DNA of 64,000 nucleotides from Candidatus Latescibacterota bacterium (GCA_965248435.1 OZ252100.1:3808001-3872000); one strand, 5' to 3'; counted from the stretch's first letter, positions 50,934 through 60,427 are shown. Notes: generated by a model not told the origin, from the sequence alone. Numbers and translations: made by a program.

Positions 50934-51923
50934 ATGGTAGACAGTTGGAACAAGGATTCTAATACGGAAGTGCTCAACAAAATCGATCAATTCATATTTG
51001 AATACCCTGAATACACTCGCGAAGGAGTTGATCTGCGTCCCCCAATGGGTACGAACCGGGTTGTATTCGCACGCCGAGGGCAAGATAAGGTTGTGTTCAA
51101 AGTATTCTGTGAAGAAGAACGCAAGGAGCGCGAGTGTTTCGCCCTACGCCACTGGCATAAGACGGGTCTGGTGCCCCATATTATCTGGGATGATGACCCC
51201 ACTATGGTCATTCTGTCCTGGATACCCGGATTGACGATGGGCGAAGCGCGGGAGCAGGGTGCAACAGACGCTGAATTTTGCACCGTCTATCAACAAATTG
51301 GCGAAGCGTTTGCGACGCTGAATACAGTCCCTCTAAGTCCCGCCGATCAAGCAGCTTTTGAGAATCGCTTCTATAGTGACTTAGGCCCCCTTGATTCGTA
51401 TTTGGAGCGCATTCTAGAGTTAGCCAAGGGCGTGCATGTCCGAGATCCAGATTTCCAAGATGTTTTTTGGGGGGAAAGTCTCGATTTTATCGAAGAGCAA
51501 CTAAACAAGATTCTAAACCAACCCCGTCTTCTCTATCATCAAGATGCCGGAAATCTGCACATCAAAGGAGAACGCTTGATTGGTTTTTTCGATTTGGAGA
51601 TGTGTCGGGTCGGTGGTTTCGCCATGCAATTGGCAGCCGCGCCTGGAGTATTTTACGAAGACGGAAGTAATCCAGAAGAGCTACGAAAAGTGCTCTGGCG
51701 CGCATTTCGCCGAGGTTGGGAAGATGCGATAGGCAATCCCTTAAGTTTCGATGATCTCGAAGCGATTACAGCCGCCAACCACTTGCTAAACTGGCGTGAG
51801 ATTACTCGCTATTTGAGCTACGATGGTACTCCTGGAACAGGCTTTTCTTGGGCTAACCCGGCTGATCCCGTAAGGTATCGAAACCGACTTGAACCACTGG
51901 CACGCGTACTCCAAACACAATAA
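50934..51923 (+). CDS. APH-like phosphotransferase/kinase fold protein (cassette 8)
   Basis: VFKVF, LYHQDAGNLHI, FFDLE. Confidence 0.7.
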   Translation: MVDSWNKDSNTEVLNKIDQFIFEYPEYTREGVDLRPPMGTNRVVFARRGQDKVVFKVFCEEERKERECFALRHWHKTGLVPHIIWDDDPTMVILSWIPGLTMGEAREQGATDAEFCTVYQQIGEAFATLNTVPLSPADQAAFENRFYSDLGPLDSYLERILELAKGVHVRDPDFQDVFWGESLDFIEEQLNKILNQPRLLYHQDAGNLHIKGERLIGFFDLEMCRVGGFAMQLAAAPGVFYEDGSNPEELRKVLWRAFRRGWEDAIGNPLSFDDLEAITAANHLLNWREITRYLSYDGTPGTGFSWANPADPVRYRNRLEPLARVLQTQ

Positions 51924-51944
51924 ATGATGAAACTATCTTACGTC

Positions 51945-52046
51945 GTTTAACAGGCCACACACGCTGCGGTCGCTACGCTCCCTTGGCCTACGGCACAGCG
52001 GCTCCGTTTCACTGCGCCGCCGTCGTGTATGGCCGGACCGTTAGCC
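51945..52046 (+). repeat. attC-like site 8 (divergent type)
   Basis: GTTTAAC a ggccacacacg / cgtgtatggcc ggaccGTTAGCC. Confidence 0.8.
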
Positions 52047-52102
52047 GCAAGCGGCAGAGAAACACCAGATTGGGCACAAGGGATCTTAGGACTAGAGAAA
52101 AG

Positions 52103-52498
52103 ATGGAAGACCGGGCTTGCATCGCATTCATCGAAGACGGGCAGATTCTGATGGTTCAACAGCTCGACGGGGGGAGGATGGTCTGGACTTTTCCGGGCGG
52201 AGGGATTCGGAATGGAGAGAGTCCCCGTGAGGCAGCCGTTCGCGAGGCCAGGGAGGAAGTCAACGTATATGCAAAAGTAGGCCGAATCCTATATCGAGGC
52301 CCCAGGAGTACCACCAAAGGAGAGTATTACTGCTTTGAGGGACGAATCGTCAGAGGAGAAGTGAGTCTGGGGAAGGATCCTGAATTGCCGGATGATGCAC
52401 AGGAATTGCAGGATGTCCGGTGGTTTCCAATTACAGAGGTCAGGGATCACTTTGAAGTTTCGAGAATCTTGGGATCTATAGTCCGGAATGAAGGGTGA
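52103..52498 (+). CDS. NUDIX hydrolase (cassette 9)
   Basis: PGGG...GES.REAAVREAREE Nudix box. Confidence 0.9.
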   Translation: MEDRACIAFIEDGQILMVQQLDGGRMVWTFPGGGIRNGESPREAAVREAREEVNVYAKVGRILYRGPRSTTKGEYYCFEGRIVRGEVSLGKDPELPDDAQELQDVRWFPITEVRDHFEVSRILGSIVRNEG

Positions 52499-52551
52499 TG
52501 GCGTGCCCTTTACGCATCTGCGTGATGGCTTCGCCTGATTCGACCGCCAGC

Positions 52552-52693
52552 GGCTAACACGGCACCCCCGGCTCAGCGCCTGTCGGCGCTTCGGCCCAAC
52601 CTTCCTTCGCGGTCACGGCGTTTGCTTCAAAGACAAAAGCTGGGCAACCGCCGCGCCCACTCGGCAGGTTCGTGGGTGCCGAGAACGTTAGAT
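52552..52693 (+). repeat. attC-like site 9, R' box interrupted by IS110
   Basis: GGCTAAC..cggcacc / ggtgccg..gagaacGTTAG|IS. Confidence 0.85.
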
Positions 52694-52706
52694 ACTCTCT
52701 TGGTGG

Positions 52707-53699
52707 TCAAGCCATTTTGTAGAACTTTTCTCCGTCGAAGTCCTGGTTGTGTTGGAGAATACCCCAGATGCAGTGAAGCAGCTTTCGCATCACCGCGATG
52801 ACCCCCTGCATCGGCTTCTTGCCTCGACTGATGAGTTTTTCGTAGAACGCCTTCACATTGGGCTGCTGTTGAATGGCCACCAGCGCTGGCATATATAAGG
52901 CGGTTCGTAAATACTTATTCCCCGCTTTGGAGATCACTCGGCGCTTGTGAATCGTGTCTCCCGATTCGTGGGGTCGTGGATCCAGGCCTGCGTAGGCCAC
53001 CCATTGGGCAGGCTTCATATCGGCAGGCAACATCGCAATCTCTGCCAGAATGCCCATCGCGCTGGTTGCTGCGATCCCGTGAACGGAAGTCAATCGTGCG
53101 AACTTCTCGCGCAGAGTGGCTTCCCCCTCAATGAGCTCCAGAGCCCGCGCTTTCAGCTGCTGCACACGCGCTTTGAGATGTTCAACATGCTCTTCGATGT
53201 CCAAGGAGACGGCAGAGGTGACCGATGGCCGCTGCGTGGAAGCATGAAGCCGGTTTCCTTCCCGGTTGATCTCGACTTTGATCTGCGCGATCCGGCGTGT
53301 AATCGCCTGCAGGTCAAGCACTTCATCACGGGGTGCCTGCCACGTCTGGAAGGGCATCCGCTGCACATACTCCAATGCCACTTCCGCATCGATCGGGTCG
53401 GTTTTCCCCCGTTTCATCAAAGCCTGGGAGAAATTCCTCAGCGCTCTGGGGTTGATTACCATCACCTGAGTCTTCGGATGCCGATGCAACGCCAACGCCA
53501 CCTCAAAACTATAGATGCCTGTGGCCTCGACTCCCACTCGAGCCGGCTTTCCCCGCTTTGTCGCCCACTTGATCAATCGACGGTGCCCTTCGCCTGTGTT
53601 GGGAAATCTTGCCAGTGGATACGCTTTCCCTGAGCGACGGATCGCGACCACCAGCTCCCGGGCTGAGACGTCTACCCCCAACAGATTCTCTTGCTTCAT
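52707..53699 (-). CDS. IS110-family recombinase (DEDD RuvC-like + Tnp20 domain)
   Basis: GVDVS, VEATG, KTDPID, YAGLDP..HESG, SKAGN; start MKQENLL after an AAGGAGG RBS. Confidence 0.93.
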   Translation of the reverse strand: MKQENLLGVDVSARELVVAIRRSGKAYPLARFPNTGEGHRRLIKWATKRGKPARVGVEATGIYSFEVALALHRHPKTQVMVINPRALRNFSQALMKRGKTDPIDAEVALEYVQRMPFQTWQAPRDEVLDLQAITRRIAQIKVEINREGNRLHASTQRPSVTSAVSLDIEEHVEHLKARVQQLKARALELIEGEATLREKFARLTSVHGIAATSAMGILAEIAMLPADMKPAQWVAYAGLDPRPHESGDTIHKRRVISKAGNKYLRTALYMPALVAIQQQPNVKAFYEKLISRGKKPMQGVIAVMRKLLHCIWGILQHNQDFDGEKFYKMA

Positions 53700-53719
53700 G
53701 ATCTCTCCCTCCTTATTTG

Positions 53720-53872
53720 TACCTCTGGTCCCCCGACCTTGCACCTGGCCTACCAGCCTTGTGATACAGACTCTCGGGTCTCGGATACTCCTCGGCATGG
53801 GCCAAGAAGGCGGGGGGCCTATCTAACGTCCAAGGTCAATGCCTTCATGCGCAATCCGGCCTCCCCAGAGGT
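53720..53872 (-). ncRNA. Predicted IS110 bridge RNA
   Basis: Closing stem ACCUCUGG/CCAGAGGU; target loop AUUGCGCAU + GACGUUAG; donor loop GGAGUAUC + ACAAG. Confidence 0.75.
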
Positions 53873-53956
53873 CTTCTTCGAACCAAGATAATCTACAAAT
53901 AGATCATATTTTCAAGATACAAGATGCAATCGTGGCCCTGTTACGAAGAGGGTTGA

Positions 53957-54790
53957 ATGCTTAGAATCGGGATTTCTGCCAGTACAATTCTTTCGGATTC
54001 AGATAGACTGGATGAAGTATTCTGGGAAGGGATAGACCACATAGAAATAGGGGCACTTTCCTCGCATCGTGATCTGACTTATCTACTCAGAAAGGCACAA
54101 GACAAACGGATAAGTGTCGGCTTCCATTCGCCCGTTTTCGCGGGAGGCAGCAAATACGACCTCTTGGTACCGGTAGACGGGGAGATCGAGAGTGCGTGGA
54201 GCCAAATCGAACAGGAAATGGCCTTGGCGCAGGATAACGGAGTAGAATATGTGCTGATGCATTTCCCGTACTTCGAAACCTCCTCTACACCAAACTCTAT
54301 TTCAAGAATGGAATGGGGTCTGGAACGCCTTCGCTCGTTGCAGGAGAGATACGCAACGAGATTAGTGTGCGAACCCAAACTCGGTGACAACCGAAATGCC
54401 GGTGCAATCGAGATTCTCCGGCGCTATTCAGTGGAGAAATGGGCAAGCTGGGGTATCGCTATGTGCTGGGATATGGGCGATTATCTGTTGGCGACGGGCT
54501 CTTCGGACGAATCCGTGCTGGAGCTGCGGAGGCTGAGTAGCATAATCGAGGTAGTCCACGTGCATAACGTACAGGTGGAATCCGGAAAGTATTTCTGGGT
54601 GCCCATACACCCCTCGCACGAGGAAGACGATGGGTTTTTTCGCATTGCACCAATCTTGTCGGAGATGAAAAACATGGATGCTGTGCTCGTTTGGGAGCAC
54701 ACTCCCCATTTCACCCCGAGTGAGGAGTTTGCAGTTGAGGGATTCAAATGGGCAGTAAACTTGCTTGGATTTGGCTCACGCTCTAGTTGA
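53957..54790 (+). CDS. AP endonuclease 2 / xylose isomerase-like TIM barrel (cassette 10)
   Basis: FHSP, LMHFP, CEPK, WDMG, VHVHN, VWEH. Confidence 0.7.
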   Translation: MLRIGISASTILSDSDRLDEVFWEGIDHIEIGALSSHRDLTYLLRKAQDKRISVGFHSPVFAGGSKYDLLVPVDGEIESAWSQIEQEMALAQDNGVEYVLMHFPYFETSSTPNSISRMEWGLERLRSLQERYATRLVCEPKLGDNRNAGAIEILRRYSVEKWASWGIAMCWDMGDYLLATGSSDESVLELRRLSSIIEVVHVHNVQVESGKYFWVPIHPSHEEDDGFFRIAPILSEMKNMDAVLVWEHTPHFTPSEEFAVEGFKWAVNLLGFGSRSS

Positions 54791-54807
54791 AGCGGGGCCA
54801 CGACAGC

Positions 54808-54896
54808 ATCTAACACGACGGGCTGCGGCTCCGGCGCATTCGCGCCTCCGACCCAACCTGCCTGCGGCAGGTTCGCAGCCCGCGAGAACGTTATGC
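54808..54896 (+). repeat. attC-like site 10
   Basis: ATCTAAC..gggctgcg / cgcagccc..GTTATGC. Confidence 0.85.
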
Positions 54897-54942
54897 GGCA
54901 TCGGCACTTCAAAATCTTTCTGGTTAACCATCTGGACCTTTG

Positions 54943-55491
54943 ATGATGATCTCTATATTCCGGGTAATTCTATTCGCCTCTATTTTCATCCATCTTCTGG
55001 GCGCTAGGACCAATGCACTTTGGGACGAGGCGCCTCTCCTCGATAGGATCCTAAGAGCAGAAATGGTCGTTGTGGGCAAGCTAGTCAACGTCGAAAACAA
55101 CGCGATCCTTATCAGACGTCCTGGACCGAGGGGAGAGAAGGGATTTCAAGTGCATCTTGACATAGGGTCTATTCAAGCCACAAATGTGCTCTACGAAAGG
55201 GGGCCACCCGGCGCTTCCCCGAAAGCTCGGAAACTTCCGGCCAACTTTCCATTTGCCTGCCATAGCCGAAGCCAGCCTCAATCTGGCGGACTCAGGGCTT
55301 GGAGTTTTTCTTATTTGAATTTCGAAGAAGGTGATGAGGGGGTTTGGATTCTTAACCAGTCTCATTTTGTCGGGTACCTAGCAGTCACGTATCCCCACAA
55401 CTTCCTTCCCATCGATTCGCTGATAGTTGTAGAGAAGACGATAGACAAATCAGTCAAAGCGACCAACGTTGACAGTTTGCCGGGAAACTAG
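54943..55491 (+). CDS. Hypothetical, probably exported protein (cassette 11)
   Basis: Fills the cassette; hydrophobic N-terminus. Confidence 0.6.
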   Translation: MMISIFRVILFASIFIHLLGARTNALWDEAPLLDRILRAEMVVVGKLVNVENNAILIRRPGPRGEKGFQVHLDIGSIQATNVLYERGPPGASPKARKLPANFPFACHSRSQPQSGGLRAWSFSYLNFEEGDEGVWILNQSHFVGYLAVTYPHNFLPIDSLIVVEKTIDKSVKATNVDSLPGN

Positions 55492-55538
55492 CTTTGAGAA
55501 CATCATACTTAGAAACGGACACTAACCGCACCAACGCC

Positions 55539-55651
55539 GCATAACACGGCACCCTCGGCTCAGGCCATCCGGCCTTCGCCCAACCCGCCTTCGCGGCTTA
55601 CGCCGCTTCGGTGGACAGGCGGCAGGTTCGTGGGTGCCGAGAACGTTATGC
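55539..55651 (+). repeat. attC-like site 11
   Basis: GCATAAC..cggcaccc / gggtgccg..GTTATGC. Confidence 0.85.
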
Positions 55652-55714
55652 GGCAAGTCGGTCTTGGTACAATGGTATGAGGCCATAGGGAGAAAGCACA
55701 AACCGGAGAGACCT

Positions 55715-56605
55715 ATGCATTCGATTGACCTGAAGGGAAAAGTTGGTTTGGTCACCGGCGTTGGCAACAAGTGGAGCCTGGGTTGGGCAATTGCCCAAAT
55801 TCTCCACTCCGCAGGAATGCTCCTTGTTTTTGGGTATTCCAGACAGAGAAGTCGAAAAGCAATCGAGAAGCTCCTGACCGAATCGGGATGGGATAATGTG
55901 GTACTTCCAGATGTGATCTACGATGCCGAGGACGATACTCAGATTGAAAGACTCTTCAACTTTGTGGAGGATGAGGTTGGTGCTTTACATGCGTTCCTTC
56001 ACTCGATAGCCTTTGCACCTCCAGAGGCACTGCAAGGCGAGTTCGGTGATACATCCCGTGAGGCTTTTCGGACCGCTCTGAATGTCAGTACGTTTTCTTT
56101 CTTGAAGATGAGTCGATGTGCCTCAGAATTGATGGTTGATGGCGGTTCCATTCTCACTCTGAGTTTCTTGGCTTCACAGAGAGTGTTTCCTCACTACAAC
56201 GTAATGGGAACTGCGAAAGCCGCGCTCGAACACTCTGTCAGACAGCTAGCTTTCGAGTTAGGACCCAGAAACATCAGGGTGAACACCATTTCGGCTGGAC
56301 CAATAAGCACGGCGTCTGCCCGAGGCGTAAAGGGATTTGGAGGATTTCATCACTCCTACGCTGAGAATGCACCCCTGCGAAGAAATGTAAGTCAGGAGGA
56401 AGTCGGTAAGGCTGCTCTCTTCCTTCTTAGTGATCTGTCGAGTGGAGTCACCGGGGAAGTGCTTCATGTGGATGGAGGATACAATGTCCTGGGAGCGCCC
56501 CTTGGAGAATTTCCAAAGGCAGATCAACGGCAAAAAAGGGGAGAAGCATGCTCCGGCTCTCCCCCAAACTCCTTCGATGAGAACCAAAGCCGACTCACCG
56601 CATAA
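55715..56605 (+). CDS. fabI: Enoyl-ACP reductase (cassette 12)
   Basis: GVGNKWSLGW, HSIAFAP, YNVMGTAKAALE, ISAGPI, VLHVDGG; stop codon lies in the attC R'' box. Confidence 0.88.
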   Translation: MHSIDLKGKVGLVTGVGNKWSLGWAIAQILHSAGMLLVFGYSRQRSRKAIEKLLTESGWDNVVLPDVIYDAEDDTQIERLFNFVEDEVGALHAFLHSIAFAPPEALQGEFGDTSREAFRTALNVSTFSFLKMSRCASELMVDGGSILTLSFLASQRVFPHYNVMGTAKAALEHSVRQLAFELGPRNIRVNTISAGPISTASARGVKGFGGFHHSYAENAPLRRNVSQEEVGKAALFLLSDLSSGVTGEVLHVDGGYNVLGAPLGEFPKADQRQKRGEACSGSPPNSFDENQSRLTA

Positions 56606-56685
56606 CAAGCCGTCTGCGGCTCGGGGCAGTCGCCCCTCGCTCAACTTGCCTTCGGCAAACTCGCAGAACGGCCAGAACGTTAACT
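56600..56685 (+). repeat. attC-like site 12
   Basis: GCATAAC..gccgtctgcg / cgcagaacggc..GTTAACT. Confidence 0.8.
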
Positions 56686-56710
56686 GCAATGGCGGTGGGG
56701 GGAAGCAGGA

Positions 56711-57586
56711 GTGATGAAATTGAAAGCGAACGTCATGAACGAAGCGAGTCGCTGGCGACTTGCCCTAGCAAAAAGGGTTTCGGAGATCTATTGCGAACAT
56801 GCCGATGTAAAGGCGGTAGCAGTGGGTGGGTCAGTTGCACGTGGGATTGCTGATGCCTATTCAGACATCGACATGCCAGCGTTCTGTAAGGAATTGCCTT
56901 CTGAGGATTCCTTAGAAGCTTTGTCGGGAAGAATCAAAGGAGCGGTCTGGAGACCTTTTCGCAAATCAGATATGGCTATAGCTTCAGAACTCTATATCGA
57001 CAGTGTTCGAGTAGATATGCCGTTCATTAAGATTGATAGAATGCTAGATGTTCTAGATCAAGTTGTGGAACAGCACAGTACTGATCCCTCCAAACAGAAG
57101 TCAGTTGGAGGAATTCTTGACGCAATTCCGATTCATGGCTTTGATCTAATCGACAAATGGAAGGCCAAGGCTGCCGAATATCCCAATGAACTCGCGAAAT
57201 CAATGGTGAAGAAACATTTACAGTTCGAGCCTCTATGGGTACCAAGGGAATACGCTGTTTTGCGAGAGAGCAAACTTTTTGAGTGTGAGCTAATATGTGC
57301 TTATGCCAAAAATATTCTCGGTGTACTCTTGGGGCTCAATCGAATCTATCACCCAGGTGACCTTAAGAGATTGGATTGGCTTGTAGGGAGAATGTCAATT
57401 GTTCCACGTGACCTGCTGTCTCGTCTGAGAGAAGCTTTCCAGGCTAATCGGAAGGATGTTATAAACGATCTCAGTAAACTAATCGAGGAAATAATCGACT
57501 TAGTAAATACGAAGGAAGTTAGGAAATCACTTAATAGTTCGCCGTATGTTTGTACCATTCCACCCACGGTTGAGATTTCCGATTAG
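56711..57586 (+). CDS. Pol-beta-like nucleotidyltransferase with helical C-terminal domain (cassette 13)
   Basis: VGGSVARG.AD.YSDID motif. Confidence 0.78.
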   Translation: MMKLKANVMNEASRWRLALAKRVSEIYCEHADVKAVAVGGSVARGIADAYSDIDMPAFCKELPSEDSLEALSGRIKGAVWRPFRKSDMAIASELYIDSVRVDMPFIKIDRMLDVLDQVVEQHSTDPSKQKSVGGILDAIPIHGFDLIDKWKAKAAEYPNELAKSMVKKHLQFEPLWVPREYAVLRESKLFECELICAYAKNILGVLLGLNRIYHPGDLKRLDWLVGRMSIVPRDLLSRLREAFQANRKDVINDLSKLIEEIIDLVNTKEVRKSLNSSPYVCTIPPTVEISD

Positions 57587-57634
57587 AAAAGCGCAGGCCA
57601 CCGTTTTGTAATGGAGAGTCAGCACCGCCACAGC

Positions 57635-57779
57635 AGTTAACACGGCACTCCCGGCTCAGCGCCTGGTTGCGCTTCGCCCAACCTTCCTTCGCGGTCACGG
57701 CGCTTGCTTTAAAGATAAAATGCGGTTTGCAACCGCCGCGCCCGCTTGGCAGGTTCGCAGCCCGCGAGAACGGTTAAAT
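57635..57779 (+). repeat. attC-like site 13 (mismatched arms)
   Basis: AGTTAAC..cggcactcccg / cgcagccc..GTTAAAT. Confidence 0.8.
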
Positions 57780-57886
57780 GACATGGGATGAAATGAGACT
57801 ACATTCTTGCGGTATATCCTCAGAATAGAAGGAGATATGCTGCAAATTTCGTGATTCACTAATGAACGGGCAACAAGACAAGGAAT

Positions 57887-58786
57887 ATGATGAAAGAACT
57901 TGCTGCAAGAGCCTTGGAAGATATCGAGCACTCAGTACCTCATGGGATATGGGGTGCTCACAACGGCTGTGCGATCCTCGCGGGCATATTTCTGATCGAA
58001 GAGAACTTGATCGAGGAAGGTGCGAAGGAAGCGGTGAAGCAATTGCTCAATTCGAGTAGAGTTAAGAGGGACCAGCAAGGAAACGAAAGGCGCCTCATCA
58101 GCTTGGGTGATTTCAGAGAAAGATTGATATCTTGCCTAGCGCTGGACCCGGAGCAAGTAAAAGAAATCGGCCACGATGTAATCTTCTCTTCGTACGTACT
58201 CAAGGCTTTGGATTTCCTTTCGATCTCACCCTGGGAGTCGTTGCTGGAGAGCATGGTAGAGTTGATCGGCGCGATTAAGGAATCCACGCCAGGTTGGATC
58301 ACCGTGAATGGAGAAAATCAACCGAGAGAACTGGACAAAGTTGACTCAAGTCTGCCGACAAACTACTGGCATGCCTTCGCGGCCTTAGATAGGCCCATCC
58401 AAATGGAAATAGGAGATATGCAGTTAGGACATGTTCTTACTCACGGGCATGCGATCGAGATGTTCAAATTGTACGGAAACAAGAAATCAGCGGTTGCATT
58501 TGATATAGCCTATCGCAAGCGATTGCACGGACTGCTATTGGCAAACAGTGAACAGAAAGAAAGAACAGCGCTTCCTCGTAGAAGGTTAGATCCACGCCTC
58601 GCGAGCTATTGGAGGCACGTGAAAACCAACGGCGACATGGAAGGCCATGTTTACAAGTACGCCTTCAGCTTCCTGGATCTGAATAGGCATGATCTGCGGA
58701 CCGAGGCATTCGAGGCATTCGGAAGGGTTGTTTGGCCCAACAAGCCGCTGGAGACAACGGCGACAAACGATGCGTCTAAGCCCTGA
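57887..58786 (+). CDS. Hypothetical His-rich helical protein (cassette 14)
   Basis: GAHNG, IGHDVIF, GHVLTHGH, GHVYKY; fills the cassette. Confidence 0.6.
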   Translation: MMKELAARALEDIEHSVPHGIWGAHNGCAILAGIFLIEENLIEEGAKEAVKQLLNSSRVKRDQQGNERRLISLGDFRERLISCLALDPEQVKEIGHDVIFSSYVLKALDFLSISPWESLLESMVELIGAIKESTPGWITVNGENQPRELDKVDSSLPTNYWHAFAALDRPIQMEIGDMQLGHVLTHGHAIEMFKLYGNKKSAVAFDIAYRKRLHGLLLANSEQKERTALPRRRLDPRLASYWRHVKTNGDMEGHVYKYAFSFLDLNRHDLRTEAFEAFGRVVWPNKPLETTATNDASKP

Positions 58787-58794
58787 TGTTAGTA
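58735..58794 (+). repeat. Vestigial classical 59-be-type attC nested inside cassette 14
   Basis: GCCCAAC-aagcc-gctggagac..gtctaagc-cctgat-GTTAGTA, 60 bp. Confidence 0.6.
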
Positions 58795-58841
58795 AGAACT
58801 TGGCTCAACTATCAGTTTGACCAGAGATAGTATCCCACGTC

Positions 58842-58933
58842 ATTTAACACGCCCACTTGCGCTGCGGCGCATTCGCGCCTTGGCTTTTGGCAACCCGCCT
58901 GCAGCGGGTTCGCAAGTGGCGAGAAGGTAGGAC
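58842..58933 (+). repeat. attC-like site 14 with degenerate R' (GTAGGAC)
   Basis: ATTTAAC..ccacttgcg / cgcaagtgg..gagaagGTAGGAC. Confidence 0.75.
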
Positions 58934-58959
58934 GCCAAGTCTGTACAGGCGGGTAGCCT

Positions 58960-60267
58960 ATGGATGAAGAGATCTTGAATGAGTCAATCGTATTCCTTGG
59001 TCTATGTGAGAAAGTCCAAACGGTTCCCGATGGCCATCCGGACTTTCTGAAACAGAACATACTAGGACTCAAGACTACTGTCTTCTCTCCCTTCTTTCCT
59101 ATGGGAATGAAAGGGTTTAGTCTTGCCTTCTGTATGAAGTGGCGGGATGTGCCATTTTCTGCCAAGATTAGAGGCTTGCATCCCGACGGGAAGGAAGCGT
59201 TTCGTATCGAATTCAACGCTGAATTTGAGCCACATGAGTCCGGACAGCGAAAGAAACCAGGTGAGGCCAGCCAATCAAGGTTTAGTGTAATTGCATCAGA
59301 CGATCCGCCATCTTGGGCATTTGTGACTTTCCCTGTGCCTGAAAAATCAGTGGTGGCAACGCCGGGTTTTATGAAAATCTGTGCCGCAGTTGCCGAGGAG
59401 GAGTCAGTCATTGGCCAGGTAAGATTTGTGCATGCGAAGCCTGCCCCACTCACTCCAGATAGAATCGACGCGATCAAGAGCAACCCACAAGCAGCGAAAA
59501 CAGTCTGGTACACAATCGGGTGCACGGAGTGTTCGGACGCTATCAAAGCCTACGCTGGGATCGGTCGCAACATGGATTCGGAAGAAGATGGCTGGATTTG
59601 GCAACATGACCTACCTAAGACGTTCAAATGCAAATGTGCGAAAACGAGGTTGGATCTATCCTATATGCGCGATGGTCTTCACGGCCTCTTGGGTTCCATC
59701 TATAGCATAGGCGAGGACGTAGAGTTCACCCGTCTCTACGAAAGAAGCGCTCTTGAGTCAATTTCAGGCAAGTATTGGAAGATACTGCGAGATTCGGAAA
59801 GGGAAGAAGATCTGCAGAAGTTCATCGAGGGAGCTCCAGCACTTTTGCAGTGTTTTAGTCCTGCACGGATCTTTCACAAGAGCCCCATCCTGAGTAAATA
59901 CAGTGTTGATTTCGCCATTCTCGACACTCAGGGGCACCTAATCCTTATTGAGATAGAAAGACCAGGAATCCGCTTGCTTCGTAAGGATGGCGGAATGGCG
60001 GCCGAACTCGGACATGCTTTCACTCAAGTAAGTCAATGGTTACTGGAATTTGACTTGCATCGACAGGCTTGCCTGGAATGTATTGGGGTCGACCCAAAAG
60101 AGGTTGTCCAAGTTAGAGGTGTAGTTATCGCAGGACGAGAAGCCGAGTATCCGGCAGAACATTTGGCCAGGCTAAAATGGGAAGACCGAGGTAAGATAAG
60201 CTTCCTTACATACGACGATCTTGGCCGGAGCTATATCAGTCTTATTCGAAGGTTCCATGACCTGTAG
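58960..60267 (+). CDS. Shedu (SduA/DUF4263)-like nuclease with uncharacterised N-terminal domain (cassette 15)
   Basis: EEDLQKFI, VDFAI, LIEIERP, AFTQVSQW, VVIAGR, LTYDDL. Confidence 0.72.
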   Translation: MDEEILNESIVFLGLCEKVQTVPDGHPDFLKQNILGLKTTVFSPFFPMGMKGFSLAFCMKWRDVPFSAKIRGLHPDGKEAFRIEFNAEFEPHESGQRKKPGEASQSRFSVIASDDPPSWAFVTFPVPEKSVVATPGFMKICAAVAEEESVIGQVRFVHAKPAPLTPDRIDAIKSNPQAAKTVWYTIGCTECSDAIKAYAGIGRNMDSEEDGWIWQHDLPKTFKCKCAKTRLDLSYMRDGLHGLLGSIYSIGEDVEFTRLYERSALESISGKYWKILRDSEREEDLQKFIEGAPALLQCFSPARIFHKSPILSKYSVDFAILDTQGHLILIEIERPGIRLLRKDGGMAAELGHAFTQVSQWLLEFDLHRQACLECIGVDPKEVVQVRGVVIAGREAEYPAEHLARLKWEDRGKISFLTYDDLGRSYISLIRRFHDL

Positions 60268-60283
60268 ATCGTGCAGACTCGGC

Positions 60284-60427
60284 ATCTAACACGCCGGGCT
60301 GCGGCTCCGGCGCATTCGCGCCTCCGGCCCAACCTGCCTTTCGCGTTCACGGCGCTTGCTTGGCGACGAACAAAAGGGGCAAGCGCCGCGCCCACGGGCA
60401 GGTTCGTGGGTGCCGAGAACGTTAAAT
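60284..60427 (+). repeat. attC-like site 15 (mismatched arms)
   Basis: ATCTAAC..gggctgcg / cgtgggtgccg..GTTAAAT. Confidence 0.8.

Larger units (their letters stand above)
52692..53924 (-). mobile_element. IS110-family (IS621-like) insertion sequence
   Basis: Removing it restores gttagatgcaatcgtggccc, the complement of the cassette-10 end; AGAT repeated at both junctions (CT core on minus strand). Confidence 0.9.

Noticed and set aside
52692-53924. IS1111-type attC-targeting element
   Set aside because: The long non-coding end is upstream of the transposase with only ~15 bp downstream, and no long sub-terminal inverted repeats are evident; this fits the IS110/IS621 layout.
44132-55714. Extended N-termini from the ORF track (44132, 48277, 51983, 53798, 55634)
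   Set aside because: These run through attC sites or the bridge RNA; downstream ATGs fit the cassette or element boundaries.
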